A program made the position numbers and the translations under genes. A stretch of 64,000 nucleotides of DNA from assembly GCA_964035545.1 (NCBI GenBank), contig OZ037768.1, forward strand, positions 4,186,741 to 4,250,740, in the 5' to 3' direction. Shown piece by piece: positions 63,662-64,000 of this stretch. This DNA comes from Bugula neritina (lineage: Eukaryota > Animalia > Bryozoa). The notes beneath the pieces were generated by a model. That model worked only from the letters and a program-made list of their open reading frames with translations, was not told where the DNA came from and did not search any database. Positions within the stretch are counted from its first letter, which is position 1. Every line of letters starts with the position of its first letter.

Positions 63662-64000
63662 GCTTTTAGATTTAGACAACTAAAAACATAAAAGTGAAAA
63701 CTAAAACGAAGGAATGCACGTCAATTTCATACAATTGTCATCAAGAGCATGACATCGCTTATGGGGGCAGACATATTAAAAATACTCTTGAATATGTAAA
63801 AATATTCTTTAAAATAGTTGTTTTTTTATTATAATTTTTTTTTATGTTAAAAATTTTTTAAACAAATTTTTCAAACATAACTGTACATGTTTTACAATAT
63901 ATTATCACTGAGATTATAATATTTTAATTATACACGCGCGAGCGTAAAACAAATATAAATTTTATTATCGTATTATTAAATTGAATTCGCTAACGAGAAT

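Noticed and set aside
63662-63679. ORF-track start for ELP2 at 63679
   Set aside because: It is a TTG; the first in-frame ATG is at 63661.

Overview
AT-rich, intron-containing eukaryotic DNA, apparently from an invertebrate animal; the species cannot be determined from the sequence. Host genes: two paralogous multi-pass membrane-protein genes with uninterrupted CDSs (325-1029 and 14271-15023, minus); a pseudogenised, intron-retaining fragment of Bre1/RNF20-RNF40 (1999-6307); BBS4 (26395-32611, 12 coding exons); two tandem TPPP/p25-alpha genes, the second C-terminally degenerate; ELP2 (minus, about 18 exons, 43204-63661); and an intronless NHL-like beta-propeller gene nested on the same strand in an ELP2 intron. 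Two LTR retroelements, each with identical LTRs, are the most interesting part. (1) A 2.66-kb non-autonomous element encodes only an intact Gag+protease and sits in a Bre1 exon with a 5-bp TSD. (2) A 7.57-kb GC-rich Ty3/Gypsy element has a Gag zinc knuckle that has lost all three cysteines, and in the env position it carries a 362-aa ORF resembling a nuclear regulator (acidic N-terminus, two zinc fingers, basic region, coiled coil). Also present: two copies of a tRNA-derived SINE, many minisatellites and a local duplication of about 310 bp. All family assignments come from recalled motifs, not database searches.
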